A stretch of DNA of 64,000 nt from Acidobacteriota bacterium. GTDB lineage: Bacteria; Acidobacteriota; Vicinamibacteria; Fen-336. Below are positions 52,698 to 61,096 of the stretch, piece by piece. Within the stretch, counting starts at the first letter, position 1. Each line of letters starts with the position of its first letter. The stretch covers positions 92,211 to 156,210 of the forward strand of contig QHVM01000085.1 of the NCBI GenBank assembly GCA_003223555.1, read 5' to 3'. The position numbers and the translations under genes are program-made. Below the pieces are notes generated by a model. The model was not told where the DNA came from and did not search any database. It saw nothing but the letters and a program-made list of their open reading frames with translations.

Positions 52698-53829
52698 CGG
52701 GCGCCGTCTCCTCCACGCTCACGGTGATGTCCAGCCGGCGCCGGCCGCGGGCGACCGTCAAGCGCAGCCGCGATCCGACCGCGGCCCGGGCCAGCTCGTT
52801 GCGGAGCTGGGCGGCGGACTCGACCGGCCGGCCCTCCACCGCCATCACCACGTCTCCCGGCGCGACCCCGGCCCGGTCCGCGGCGCTGCCCCTCAGCAGC
52901 TCCACCACCAGGACGCCTTGCCGCTCCGGCGCTCCCGGCAGCGTGTCCTCGTTGACATCGGCCACGCGGGTGATTCCCACGCTGCCTCGCACCACGCGGC
53001 CGTGGGCCACGATCTGGTCCACCACCTGCCGGGCGAGGTTGGCCGGCACGGCGAAGCCGATGCCCTGGTAGCCGCCGGTCTCCGAGTAGATCGCGGTGTT
53101 GATGCCGATCAGCTCGCCCCGAGCGTCGACGAGGGCGCCCCCGGAGTTGCCGGGGTTGATCGCGGCGTCGGTCTGGATGAAGTCCTCGTAATCCACGATG
53201 CCGATGTTCGACCGTCCGGTCGCGCTGATGATGCCCATCGTCACCGTCTGGTTGAGCTGGAACGGATTGCCCACCGCCACCACGTACTCGCCGACCTCGG
53301 CCCGGGACGAGTCGCCCCACGGGAGGGTGGGCAGCCCGTGGGCGTCCACCTTCACCACCGCGATGTCGGTCACGGGGTCGGTGCCCATCAACATCCCCCG
53401 CAGTCGTTGATGGGCGGCGGTGGTGATGGCGATGCGGCTGGCGTGCTCGATCACGTGGTTGTTCGTCACGATGACGCCGCCCTCGCCGACGATGACGCCC
53501 GACCCGAGGCTGGTCTTGCGCTCCTCCTGGGGGATGCGGAAAGGCAGGTCGCGGCCGAAGAACTCCCGGAAGAACGGGTCGGCGAGGAAGGGCGAGCCTT
53601 CCGTGCGGTACACCTGCAGCGCGGAGATGTTCACGACCGCGGGGGTGGCCCGGCGCGCGATCGCGCGGAAATCGGGGCCGGGAGAGGCGGCCGGCCCCGC
53701 GGCCGCGGGGATGGCCGCCGCGGCCCGCGTCGGCGCCTCGAGGCGGCTGGCGAAGCGCGCGCCGAGCAGCACGCCGGCGATCAGGGACCCCGAGGCCACG
53801 GTCAGCAGCACCGGCCGCCCGTGTCTCAC
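52690..53829 (-). CDS. degP: periplasmic serine endoprotease DegP/HtrA family (trypsin + PDZ)
   Basis: Catalytic triad context (TNNHVI, DIAVVKV, GNSGGAL) and one PDZ domain. GTG start overlapping the hsp20 stop (GTGA). Confidence 0.9.
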   Translation of the reverse strand: MRHGRPVLLTVASGSLIAGVLLGARFASRLEAPTRAAAAIPAAAGPAASPGPDFRAIARRATPAVVNISALQVYRTEGSPFLADPFFREFFGRDLPFRIPQEERKTSLGSGVIVGEGGVIVTNNHVIEHASRIAITTAAHQRLRGMLMGTDPVTDIAVVKVDAHGLPTLPWGDSSRAEVGEYVVAVGNPFQLNQTVTMGIISATGRSNIGIVDYEDFIQTDAAINPGNSGGALVDARGELIGINTAIYSETGGYQGIGFAVPANLARQVVDQIVAHGRVVRGSVGITRVADVNEDTLPGAPERQGVLVVELLRGSAADRAGVAPGDVVMAVEGRPVESAAQLRNELARAAVGSRLRLTVARGRRRLDITVSVEETAPGA

Positions 53830-54266
53830 TCGCGCTCCCGCCGCCAGCCGGCGCGCCCGTGCGTCTTGGGCAGCTCCAGGCGCAGGACGCCGTCGCGGAA
53901 CTGCGCGCTGACGCGCGCCGGGTCGACCTCCTCGGTGAGCTTGAAGGAGCGGAAGAACGGGCCGTGGCTGCGCTCCATGCGGTGGAACCGATCCGGCCGC
54001 TGGCCGAGCGCCCGTCGCTGGCCCTTCACGACCAGGACGTCGCCGTCGACCTGGACCTCGACGTCGTCCTCCTCGATCCCCGGCAACTCGACGTCGACCA
54101 CGAAGCCCTCCGGCATCTCGTAGGCGTCGGCCAGGGGCGTCCAGGTCGCCGAGCCCACCAGGGCCGGCTCCTCCAGCCGGCCGGCGAAGCTCTCCTCGAA
54201 GAGCCGGTTCATCCGCTCCTGCAGGGTCAGCAGGTCCCGCAGGGGATCCCACTTGCGCTCGGTCAC
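53826..54266 (-). CDS. Hsp20/alpha-crystallin-family small heat-shock protein
   Basis: RKWDPLRDLLTLQERMNRLF N-terminus and alpha-crystallin domain (GVLRLELPK). Start set at GTG about 54264. The ORF-track extension to 54383 would run through the hairpin repeats. Confidence 0.8.
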   Translation of the reverse strand: MTERKWDPLRDLLTLQERMNRLFEESFAGRLEEPALVGSATWTPLADAYEMPEGFVVDVELPGIEEDDVEVQVDGDVLVVKGQRRALGQRPDRFHRMERSHGPFFRSFKLTEEVDPARVSAQFRDGVLRLELPKTHGRAGWRRERE

Positions 54267-54324
54267 GGCCGTGCCTTCCGGTGGCAGATCGGCAACGATC
54301 GAGTGTACGGTCGGCGTGTCGTCT

Positions 54325-54427
54325 TGAGCAAGGGGGTGCTGGGGCGCGTCCCTTGAACCCCCGCTCCGCTCCTCATTGAGCAAGGGAGTGCTAGTGGCGC
54401 ACCCCCTTGAACCCCCGCTCGCTGCGC
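54325..54427 (-). repeat. two tandem roughly 51-bp units, each containing a hairpin (CAAGGGGGTGC...GCACCCCCTTG), in the hsp20 5' leader / mutS 3' region
   Basis: TTGAGCAAGGGGGTGCTGGGGCGCGTCCCTTGAACCCCCGCTC and TTGAGCAAGGGAGTGCTAGTGGCGCACCCCCTTGAACCCCCGCTC are direct repeats with internal inverted repeats. Confidence 0.65.
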
Positions 54428-54454
54428 GGGATTGAATCCCGCTCCGCTCGCAGC
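54417..54454 (-). repeat. REP-like palindromic element, copy 2 (reverse orientation)
   Basis: GCTCGCtGCGCGGGATTGAATCCCGCTCCGCTCGC is the reverse complement of the copy-1 pattern, including both 7-bp flanks. It sits 10 nt from the mutS stop. Confidence 0.7.
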
Positions 54455-54464
54455 CGTGGCCAAG

Positions 54465-57116
54465 CTAACCGCTCAGCTTCAGCCGCTTGCGGAGCTCGTC
54501 GAGCAGGGCCAGGGCCTGCAGGGGCGTCAGTTGCTCGAGGTCGAGCCGGCGCAGGTCCTCCAGCACCGACTCCTCCTGGCCGGCGAAGAGGGCGAGCTGG
54601 CGGCCGCCCTCGGCCGGCGCCGCCGGCTGATCGCTGCGGGCCAGGCGGGGCCGTCCTTCGCGGTCGAACTCGGTGCGCTCGAGGTTGCGCAGGATCTCCT
54701 GGGCCCGGGCCACCACCGGCACCGGAAGCCCGGCCAGCCGCGCGACCTGGATGCCGAAGGAGCGATCGGATCCCCCCGGCTCGATCTTCCGCAGGAAGAC
54801 GACGCTGTCCCGCCACTCGCGCGCCGACACGTGCAGGTTGCCGACCCCGGCCAGGTCCGCGGCGAGGTCGGTCAGCTCGTGGTAGTGGGTGGCGAAGAGC
54901 GTCTTGCCCCCCGCCGCGCGGTCGCGCGCGATGTGCTCCGCCACCGCCCACGCGATGGAGAGGCCGTCGAAGGTCGCGGTGCCACGGCCGATCTCGTCGA
55001 GAAGGATGAGGCTGCGCGCGGTCGCCTGGCGGAGGATGTGGGCCGTCTCCTGCATCTCCACCATGAAGGTGGACTGGCCGCGCAGGATGTGGTCGGTCGC
55101 CCCCACGCGGGTGAAGATCCGGTCGACGACGCCGACCTTGGCCTCCCGGGCGGGGACGAAGCAGCCCATCTGGGCCATGACCACGACGAGCGCGGTCTGG
55201 CGGAGGAAGGTCGACTTGCCGCCCATGTTGGGGCCGGTGAGGACGAGGAGCCGCGCCGCCCCGTCGCCCATCTTGAGGTCGTTGGCCACGAACGGCTCGG
55301 GCAGCACGCGCTCCATGACCGGGTGGCGGCCCTCGACGTACAGGAGCTCGTCGCCCGCTCCCACGCGCGGCTTGACGTAGTTGTAGCGCGCCGACACCTC
55401 GGCCATCGTCGCCAGGACGTCGAGGGTGGCCGCGGCGCGCGACGTGCGCTGGACGGCGCGGGCGGCGGCCGCCACCCGGCCGCGCAGGCCGTCGAAGATC
55501 TCCGCTTCCCGCTCCCGGATCCGCTCGTCCGCCCGCAGCACCTTCTCCTCGTACTCCTTCAGCTCGGGGGTGATGAAGCGCTCGCCGCCGGCGATCGTCT
55601 GCTTGCGCACGTAGTCGGGGGGGACGAGGCTTAGGTTGGACCGGCTGACCTCGATGTAGTAGCCGAAGACCCGGTTGAACCGCACCTTGAGCGAGGCGAT
55701 TCCCGTCCGCCCGCGCTCGCGCTCCTCGATGGCGGCGATGGTGGTCCGGCCGCCGTGGCTCATCTGCCGCAGCTCGTCGAGCTCGGCATCGACGCCGTCG
55801 CGCACCAGCCCGCCGTCGCGCACGGCGGCGGGCGGCTCGTCGACGAGGGTCGACTCGACGTCGGCCGCCACTTCCAGGGGGGGATCGAGGTCCTTCAGCT
55901 GGCCGCGCACCAGAGGGGCCGCGCAGCCTTCGGCGGCCGCGGCGGCGTCGGGCAGGGCCCGCAGCGAGCGGGCCAGGGCGACGAGGTCGCGGGGCGAAGC
56001 GGTGCCGAGGGTGATCCGCCCGACGATGCGGTCCAGGTCCTGCACGCCGTGCAGCGCCTCCCGCAGTCGCCCCCGCGCCACGGTGCGGAAGGCCAGCTCC
56101 TCGACCGCGTCGAGGCGGTCCTGGATCGGCTCCACGTGGACGAGGGGCCGGAGGATCCACTCGCGGAGCAGGCGCGATCCCATCGCGGTGGCCGTCTCGT
56201 CGAGCACGTCGAGCAGCGTGCCCCGCCGGCCCCCGTCGGCCAGGTTCTCGACGAGCTCGAGGTTGCGCCGGGTCAGGCCGTCGATGACGAGCCCGTCCTC
56301 CTGGTGACGCGTGCGGAGGGAGGTGACGTGGGCCAGGTCGCGCTTCTGGGTCTCCCGCACGTAGCGGAAGACGGCCCCCGCCGCCGCCGCGGCGCGGGGC
56401 AGCGACTCGCAGCCGAAGGCCTCCAGGCTGGCGACGCCGAAGTGGGCGACGAGGTCGCGGCGCGCGGAGCCCGGGTCGAACGCCGCCACGTCGAGGAGGG
56501 TCCGGGGCAGCGCGCCTTCCGGCTGGGCGGGGTCGGCGAGCCAGCCGGGCAGCTCGGCGCCCCGGGGCACCAGGACCTCGCGGGGGCGGGTGGCGCCCAT
56601 CTCGTCGCGGAGGCGGTCCCACCTTGCCGTCCCGGCCCACTCGCTCACGAAGAAATCACCGGTGGTGGCGTCGAGCCACGCCGCCCCCAGGAGGGCTTCG
56701 CCGGGCGCGAGGGCGAGGACGTAGGAGGTCTCGCCGGCGTCGAGGGCGGAGGCCTCGAGCTGGGTGCCCGGCGTGACCACCCGCACCACCTCCCGGCGCA
56801 CGACGCCCTTGGCGCTCCGGGGGTCCTCCATCTGCTCGCAGAGCGCGACGCGGAAGCCCTGCTTGACGAGGCGGGCCACGTGGGCGGATGCCGCGTGATG
56901 GGGCACCCCGCACATCGGGATGGCGGCGCCGTCCGGGTCCTTGGCGCGGGAGGTGAGCGCGATCTCGAGGGCGCGCGAGGCGACCACCGCGTCCTCGAAG
57001 AACAGCTCGTAGAAGTCACCCATGCGGAAGAAGAGGAGCGCGTCGGGGTGCTCGGCCTTCATCCGGTGATACTGCTGCATGGCCGGCGTGAAGGCAGCAG
57101 GGGTGGCGGCGGACAT
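54465..57116 (-). CDS. mutS: DNA mismatch repair protein MutS
   Basis: N-terminal TPMMQQY-like (TPAMQQYHRMKAEHPDALLFFRMGDFYELF), Walker A GPNMGGKST, 883 aa. Confidence 0.95.
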   Translation of the reverse strand: MSAATPAAFTPAMQQYHRMKAEHPDALLFFRMGDFYELFFEDAVVASRALEIALTSRAKDPDGAAIPMCGVPHHAASAHVARLVKQGFRVALCEQMEDPRSAKGVVRREVVRVVTPGTQLEASALDAGETSYVLALAPGEALLGAAWLDATTGDFFVSEWAGTARWDRLRDEMGATRPREVLVPRGAELPGWLADPAQPEGALPRTLLDVAAFDPGSARRDLVAHFGVASLEAFGCESLPRAAAAAGAVFRYVRETQKRDLAHVTSLRTRHQEDGLVIDGLTRRNLELVENLADGGRRGTLLDVLDETATAMGSRLLREWILRPLVHVEPIQDRLDAVEELAFRTVARGRLREALHGVQDLDRIVGRITLGTASPRDLVALARSLRALPDAAAAAEGCAAPLVRGQLKDLDPPLEVAADVESTLVDEPPAAVRDGGLVRDGVDAELDELRQMSHGGRTTIAAIEERERGRTGIASLKVRFNRVFGYYIEVSRSNLSLVPPDYVRKQTIAGGERFITPELKEYEEKVLRADERIREREAEIFDGLRGRVAAAARAVQRTSRAAATLDVLATMAEVSARYNYVKPRVGAGDELLYVEGRHPVMERVLPEPFVANDLKMGDGAARLLVLTGPNMGGKSTFLRQTALVVVMAQMGCFVPAREAKVGVVDRIFTRVGATDHILRGQSTFMVEMQETAHILRQATARSLILLDEIGRGTATFDGLSIAWAVAEHIARDRAAGGKTLFATHYHELTDLAADLAGVGNLHVSAREWRDSVVFLRKIEPGGSDRSFGIQVARLAGLPVPVVARAQEILRNLERTEFDREGRPRLARSDQPAAPAEGGRQLALFAGQEESVLEDLRRLDLEQLTPLQALALLDELRKRLKLSG

Positions 57117-57144
57117 GGGCTGGACCGGTTACCGTCGCGAGCTA

Positions 57145-57486
57145 TCAGCCACGGCCGCGAGCGGAGCGGGATTCATTCCCCCCGGGCCCGCAGAGCGGAC
57201 CCGCTCGCGACGTGCCGAGAATCGTCCCTCCCTTGGGGAGGATGCCGGTCACGGAGAACGAGGTCAGCGGCTCGACGTCGCCCTCGATCAGCCCCCGGAA
57301 GCCGTTGCGGATCCCCAGCACCTCCATGCTCGAGGACTGCGCGCGGCGCACCACGGCGCGGATCACCGCGTTGAGACCGGGGCAGTCTCCGCCGCCGGTC
57401 AGGATTCCGACTCTCACGAACGGAATTCCGTCACGGGCGAAAGTATAGACTAACCGCATCGTGCGCGTGCTGGCCGTGGACACCAC
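57145..57486 (-). pseudogene. pfkA: 5' fragment of 6-phosphofructokinase (about 95 aa of homology), truncated
   Basis: [26 protein letters not shown]...[12 protein letters not shown]...GGTILGTSR matches the PFK N-terminus. Homology stops at about 57207, exactly at REP-like copy 3, and mutS begins 30 nt further on. Confidence 0.7.
57157..57209 (+). repeat. REP-like palindromic element, copy 3 (degenerate)
   Basis: GCGAGCGGAGCGGGATTCATTCCCCCC...GCTCGCGA shares the 5' flank and hairpin core with copies 1 and 2. Confidence 0.55.
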
Positions 57487-58100
57487 GACCGTGCGGGGCA
57501 GCGTCGCGGTGGCCGAGGACGACGAAGTGCGGGGCGAAGTGCGCGCGGCGCCTCGTGCCCGCCATCGACTTCCTCCTCGCCTCGCTGGGGCTGCACCCGG
57601 TCGACGTGGAGGGCTTCGCCGTGACCACCGGCCCGGGTTCCTTCACCGGCCTCCGCATCGGCCTCAGCACCGTGCAGGGGCTGGCGCTCGCCTCGGACCG
57701 GCGCTGCCTGGGCGTGAGCGCCCTCGACGTGCTGGCGGCGCGCAGCGCGGGCCTCGCACCGGCGATCGTGGCCATGGTCGACGCCTACCGGGGCGAGGTC
57801 TACGGCGCGCTCTACGACGGCGCGGGCCGTCCGGCCGGCGCGGGCGCGGTGGAGCGGCCGGAGGCGCTCCTGGCCCGCGCCCCCGAAGGGGCCGCTTTCG
57901 TCGGCGACGGCGTGCTGCGCTACCGCGAGTTGATCCTCTACCGGCGGCCGAGCGCGCTGTTCCCGCCGCGCAGCCTCTACCTCGCCGGGACGCTGGCCCG
58001 CATGGCGGCTCCCCGCCTCGGCCGCGGGGAAGGCGTCCCGCCCGCGCAGCTCCGGCCGCTCTATCTCCGCGAGCCCGACATCCGCCGGCCGGCGTCATGA
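57461..58100 (+). CDS. tsaB: tRNA threonylcarbamoyladenosine biosynthesis protein TsaB (YeaZ), apparently frameshifted about 30 codons in
   Basis: [29 protein letters not shown] is in one frame. [15 protein letters not shown]...[13 protein letters not shown] continues in another frame (ORF 57555..58100). The junction lies in GCGCGCGGCGCCTCG. Stop overlaps the rimI ATG. Confidence 0.8.
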
Positions 58101-58576
58101 CCGAGCCGGGGCCGCTCCTGGAAGAGGGAGGGGCGGACGACCTCGACGCGCTCGTCGCGCTGGAGCGGGAGTCGTTCAGCCATCCCTGGACGCGGCGGAA
58201 CCTCAAGCATGCGCTGGAGCGCCGTCACCTCGTGGTGCTGCGCACCGCGGGCGTTCCCGGCGACCCGCGCCGCGGAATCGTCGGCTACTGCGTGTTCGAC
58301 GTCGCGGCGGGGGAGCTGCACGTGCACAACCTCGCCGTCGATCCGGGCCGGCGCGGCGAGGGCCTGGGGCGCCGGCTGCTGGAGATCGTGCTCTGGCTGG
58401 GAACGCGGCGCGGCGCCCGGGCTGCGCTGCTGGAGGTGCGGGAGAGCAACTGGCCCGCCTTGCAGCTCTACTACTCGGTCGGCTTCCAGAGCCTGCGGCG
58501 ACGGCGCAACTACTACTCCCATCCGACCGAGGACGCCCTTGAGCTGATCCTTGAATTCCCGGGGCCCGCGTGCTAA
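58097..58576 (+). CDS. rimI: ribosomal-protein-alanine N-acetyltransferase (GNAT)
   Basis: GNAT motifs (VHNLAVDPGRRGEGLGRRLL, ALLEVRESNWPALQLY). Classic tsaB-rimI arrangement. Confidence 0.8.
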   Translation: MTEPGPLLEEGGADDLDALVALERESFSHPWTRRNLKHALERRHLVVLRTAGVPGDPRRGIVGYCVFDVAAGELHVHNLAVDPGRRGEGLGRRLLEIVLWLGTRRGARAALLEVRESNWPALQLYYSVGFQSLRRRRNYYSHPTEDALELILEFPGPAC

Positions 58577-58663
58577 TTTGGCGTCGTGGGGGCTCCCCTC
58601 CCGCAACTCAAGCCACCGCGGCATGCTGTCGTCGCCAACATCCACCCGACCACGGAGGTGCCG

Positions 58664-58900
58664 ATGTCCCAGGACGCGCGCTTTCTCAGGGACCGTCTCC
58701 TTGCCCAGAGCGAGGAGTACCGCCGTCTGGATGAGCAGCACCACGAGTACGAGAGCCGGCTCGTGGCCCTGACCGGGAAGGCGGTCTTGAGCGATGAGGA
58801 ACAGGTCGAGGAGACCACCCTCAAGAAGAAGAAGCTCCAGGTGAACGACCGGATGGAAGCCATCGCCCGGCAGATGCGGGAGCCGGGGGCCCATCCCTAG
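58664..58900 (+). CDS. DUF465 (YdcH-like) small protein
   Basis: LRDRLLAQSEEYRRLDEQHHEYESRL...LSDEE pattern typical of DUF465. RBS GGAGG 5 nt upstream of ATG 58664. Confidence 0.65.
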   Translation: MSQDARFLRDRLLAQSEEYRRLDEQHHEYESRLVALTGKAVLSDEEQVEETTLKKKKLQVNDRMEAIARQMREPGAHP

Positions 58901-58929
58901 CGCCGAGCCCAACCCCGCCGGGCCTCCCG

Positions 58930-59556
58930 ATGTCGATCGCACGTGAAGGCTGGCCCCTCGTCCTCGTTCCCCTCGGGCTGGCCACGGCGCTGTTCCTGTT
59001 GCGCTGGCCCTGGATGGGCGGCGTCTTCCTCCTCCTCGGCCTGTTCATCGCCTTCTTCTTCCGGGATCCCGAACGGCCCGTGCCCGCCGACCCGCGCTTG
59101 GTCCTCTCGCCGGCCGACGGCAAGGTGATCGTGGCCGGACCGGCCCCGGCCGGCAACCCCCTGGGCGAGGACGCCACCCAGGTCTCCATCTTCATGTCGG
59201 TGTTCGACGTCCACGTGAACCGCGCGCCCATGGGCGGCCGCATCAGCCGCGTGGACTACAACCCGGGCGCATTCCTGCCCGCCTTCCAGGACAAGGCATC
59301 GCTCGCCAACGAGCAGAACAGCGTGACGATCGAAGACGGCGGCCACCGCGTGCTGTTCAAGCAGATCGCCGGTCTCATCGCGCGGCGCATCGTCTTCAAG
59401 AAGAAGCCCGGCGATCAGGTGGCGGCCGGCGAGCGGGTCGGGATGATCAAGTTCGGGAGCCGGGTCGACGTCTTCCTGCCGCGCGACGTGCGGCTGCGGG
59501 TGCAGAAGGGCGACCGCGCGGTGGCGGGCGTCACCGTCGTCGGCGAGCGACCGTGA
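58930..59556 (+). CDS. psd: phosphatidylserine decarboxylase family protein (short, archaeal-type)
   Basis: FFRDPER...ADG ... VHVNRAP..G ... GS.V motifs of PSD proenzymes. About 208 aa. Confidence 0.8.
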   Translation: MSIAREGWPLVLVPLGLATALFLLRWPWMGGVFLLLGLFIAFFFRDPERPVPADPRLVLSPADGKVIVAGPAPAGNPLGEDATQVSIFMSVFDVHVNRAPMGGRISRVDYNPGAFLPAFQDKASLANEQNSVTIEDGGHRVLFKQIAGLIARRIVFKKKPGDQVAAGERVGMIKFGSRVDVFLPRDVRLRVQKGDRAVAGVTVVGERP

Positions 59557-60332
59557 GCGAGGCGGTGCGGCCCCGCCGCTTCCGGCGGGGCGCGGCCATC
59601 TTGCCCAGCCTGTTCACGACCGGCAACCTCTTCCTGGGCTTCTGGTCGATCGTCAAGACCCTCCACGGCGAGTACGGCGAGGCGGCGCCGCTCATCGCGT
59701 GGGCCATCGTCCTCGACATGCTCGACGGCCGGATCGCGCGCATGACGGGAACCACGAGCGAGTTCGGCGGGGAGCTGGACAGCCTGGCCGACGTCATCTC
59801 CTTCGGCGTGGCCCCCGCCCTGCTCGCCTACGCCTGGGCCTTCGGCACCATACCCCGGGTGGGCTGGCTGGCCGCCTTCCTCTTCGTGACCTGCGGCGCG
59901 CTGCGGCTGGCCCGGTTCAACGTCCAGCGCCACGTCAGCGACGGCCGCTACTTCGTGGGCCTGCCCATCCCCGCCGCGGCGGCCCAGGTCGCGGTCTGGG
60001 TCCTTGTCGCGCCCCAGCCGCTGGCCGAGAAGGGCCAAGCGCTGGCGGTCCTGGCCTTGCTGGTCACGCTGGCCTTCCTGATGGTCAGCACGCTGCGCTA
60101 CCAGTCGTTCAAGAAGCTCGACCTGCGCAGCCGGCAGAGCTACATCATGGTGCTCGGCATCGCGCTCGCCCTCGTCCTCATCGCCCTCCATCCCAAGTCC
60201 GTGCTGCTTGTGCTGGCGAGCCTGTACTGGCTGTCGGGTCCGACGAGCTACGTGCTCGGCCTCGGTCGCCGGCGCGGCCAGCCGCCGCCGCTGGCGGGAG
60301 GCGAGACCACCGAGCTGTCGCGCCCGGCGTGA
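59553..60332 (+). CDS. pssA: CDP-diacylglycerol--serine O-phosphatidyltransferase (CDP-alcohol phosphatidyltransferase family)
   Basis: CDP-OH P-transferase signature D..DG..AR......G.ELDSLAD......AP, multiple transmembrane helices. Adjacent to psd. Confidence 0.85.
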   Translation: MSEAVRPRRFRRGAAILPSLFTTGNLFLGFWSIVKTLHGEYGEAAPLIAWAIVLDMLDGRIARMTGTTSEFGGELDSLADVISFGVAPALLAYAWAFGTIPRVGWLAAFLFVTCGALRLARFNVQRHVSDGRYFVGLPIPAAAAQVAVWVLVAPQPLAEKGQALAVLALLVTLAFLMVSTLRYQSFKKLDLRSRQSYIMVLGIALALVLIALHPKSVLLVLASLYWLSGPTSYVLGLGRRRGQPPPLAGGETTELSRPA

Positions 60333-60793
60333 GCGGGGTCGATCACCCGGCGGTCGGCGTCGGCGCCGTCCTCATCCATCGCGGGAAGGTGCTGTTGATC
60401 CGCCGGGGCAAGGAGCCCCTGCGCGGCCGGTGGGTCATTCCGGGCGGCACCGTCGAGGTGGGCGAGACGCTGCACGAAGCGCTCGTCCGCGAGATCGAGG
60501 AGGAGACCGGGATCGTCGTGCGGCCGCTCGACGTGGTCACCGTCTTCGATCGCATCGAGCGCGACGCCGGCGCCGTTCGCTACCACTACGTCATCGTCGA
60601 CTACCTCTGCGCGTACGTGTCGGGAGAGCCGCGGGCCGCGTCCGACGCGGAGGCGGTGGCCTTCGTGGCGAAAGGCGAGCTGCCCGCCTACGACCTTCCG
60701 GACAAGGCCCTGGAGGTCGTCCTCGAAGGCTTCCGCCGCGCAGCCAGCGACGGCGGCCGCCGGGGCCTTGCCAGGGCCCCGCGGAAGGGATAG
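60329..60793 (+). CDS. NUDIX hydrolase
   Basis: Nudix box GGTVEVGETLHEALVREIEEETG. GTG start overlapping the pssA stop. Confidence 0.8.
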   Translation: MSGVDHPAVGVGAVLIHRGKVLLIRRGKEPLRGRWVIPGGTVEVGETLHEALVREIEEETGIVVRPLDVVTVFDRIERDAGAVRYHYVIVDYLCAYVSGEPRAASDAEAVAFVAKGELPAYDLPDKALEVVLEGFRRAASDGGRRGLARAPRKG

Positions 60794-60849
60794 CATCTCC
60801 TCAAGTAAAACTTCCACCGCGGGCCGTAAGTTTTTGCCACGGAGGGAAA

Positions 60850-61071
60850 ATGAAGCTCCTGATTGGATCCCTGGCCCTCGCCCTGATCGTCGGCACGGTC
60901 CCGAGCGAGGCACTCTCGCTGCACATCGGCAAGCGGCGCTGCCTGCCGCGGGCCACCGATTGGCCCATCGTGCGACCCCATGTGAAGGAGTCCCACAAGC
61001 CCGGCAACAAGGCGAAGCATCCTCCCGTCTGTTCGCTGGGGGTCGTGGCGCCGTCGATCGCCAGCGCCTGA
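60850..61071 (+). CDS. small secreted Cys-containing protein (73 aa), unknown function
   Basis: Strong RBS GGAGGG 5 nt upstream of ATG 60850. Signal peptide MKLLIGSLALALIVGTVPSEA. Three Cys. AT-richer upstream region. Confidence 0.5.
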   Translation: MKLLIGSLALALIVGTVPSEALSLHIGKRRCLPRATDWPIVRPHVKESHKPGNKAKHPPVCSLGVVAPSIASA

Positions 61072-61096
61072 GCGCCGGGGGGACGTCCTCGACGGT

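Noticed and set aside
60780-60850. Possible intrinsic terminator (CCGCGGGCCGTAAGTTTTTG) after the nudix gene
   Set aside because: The stem is short and imperfect. The T-run is suggestive but too weak to call.
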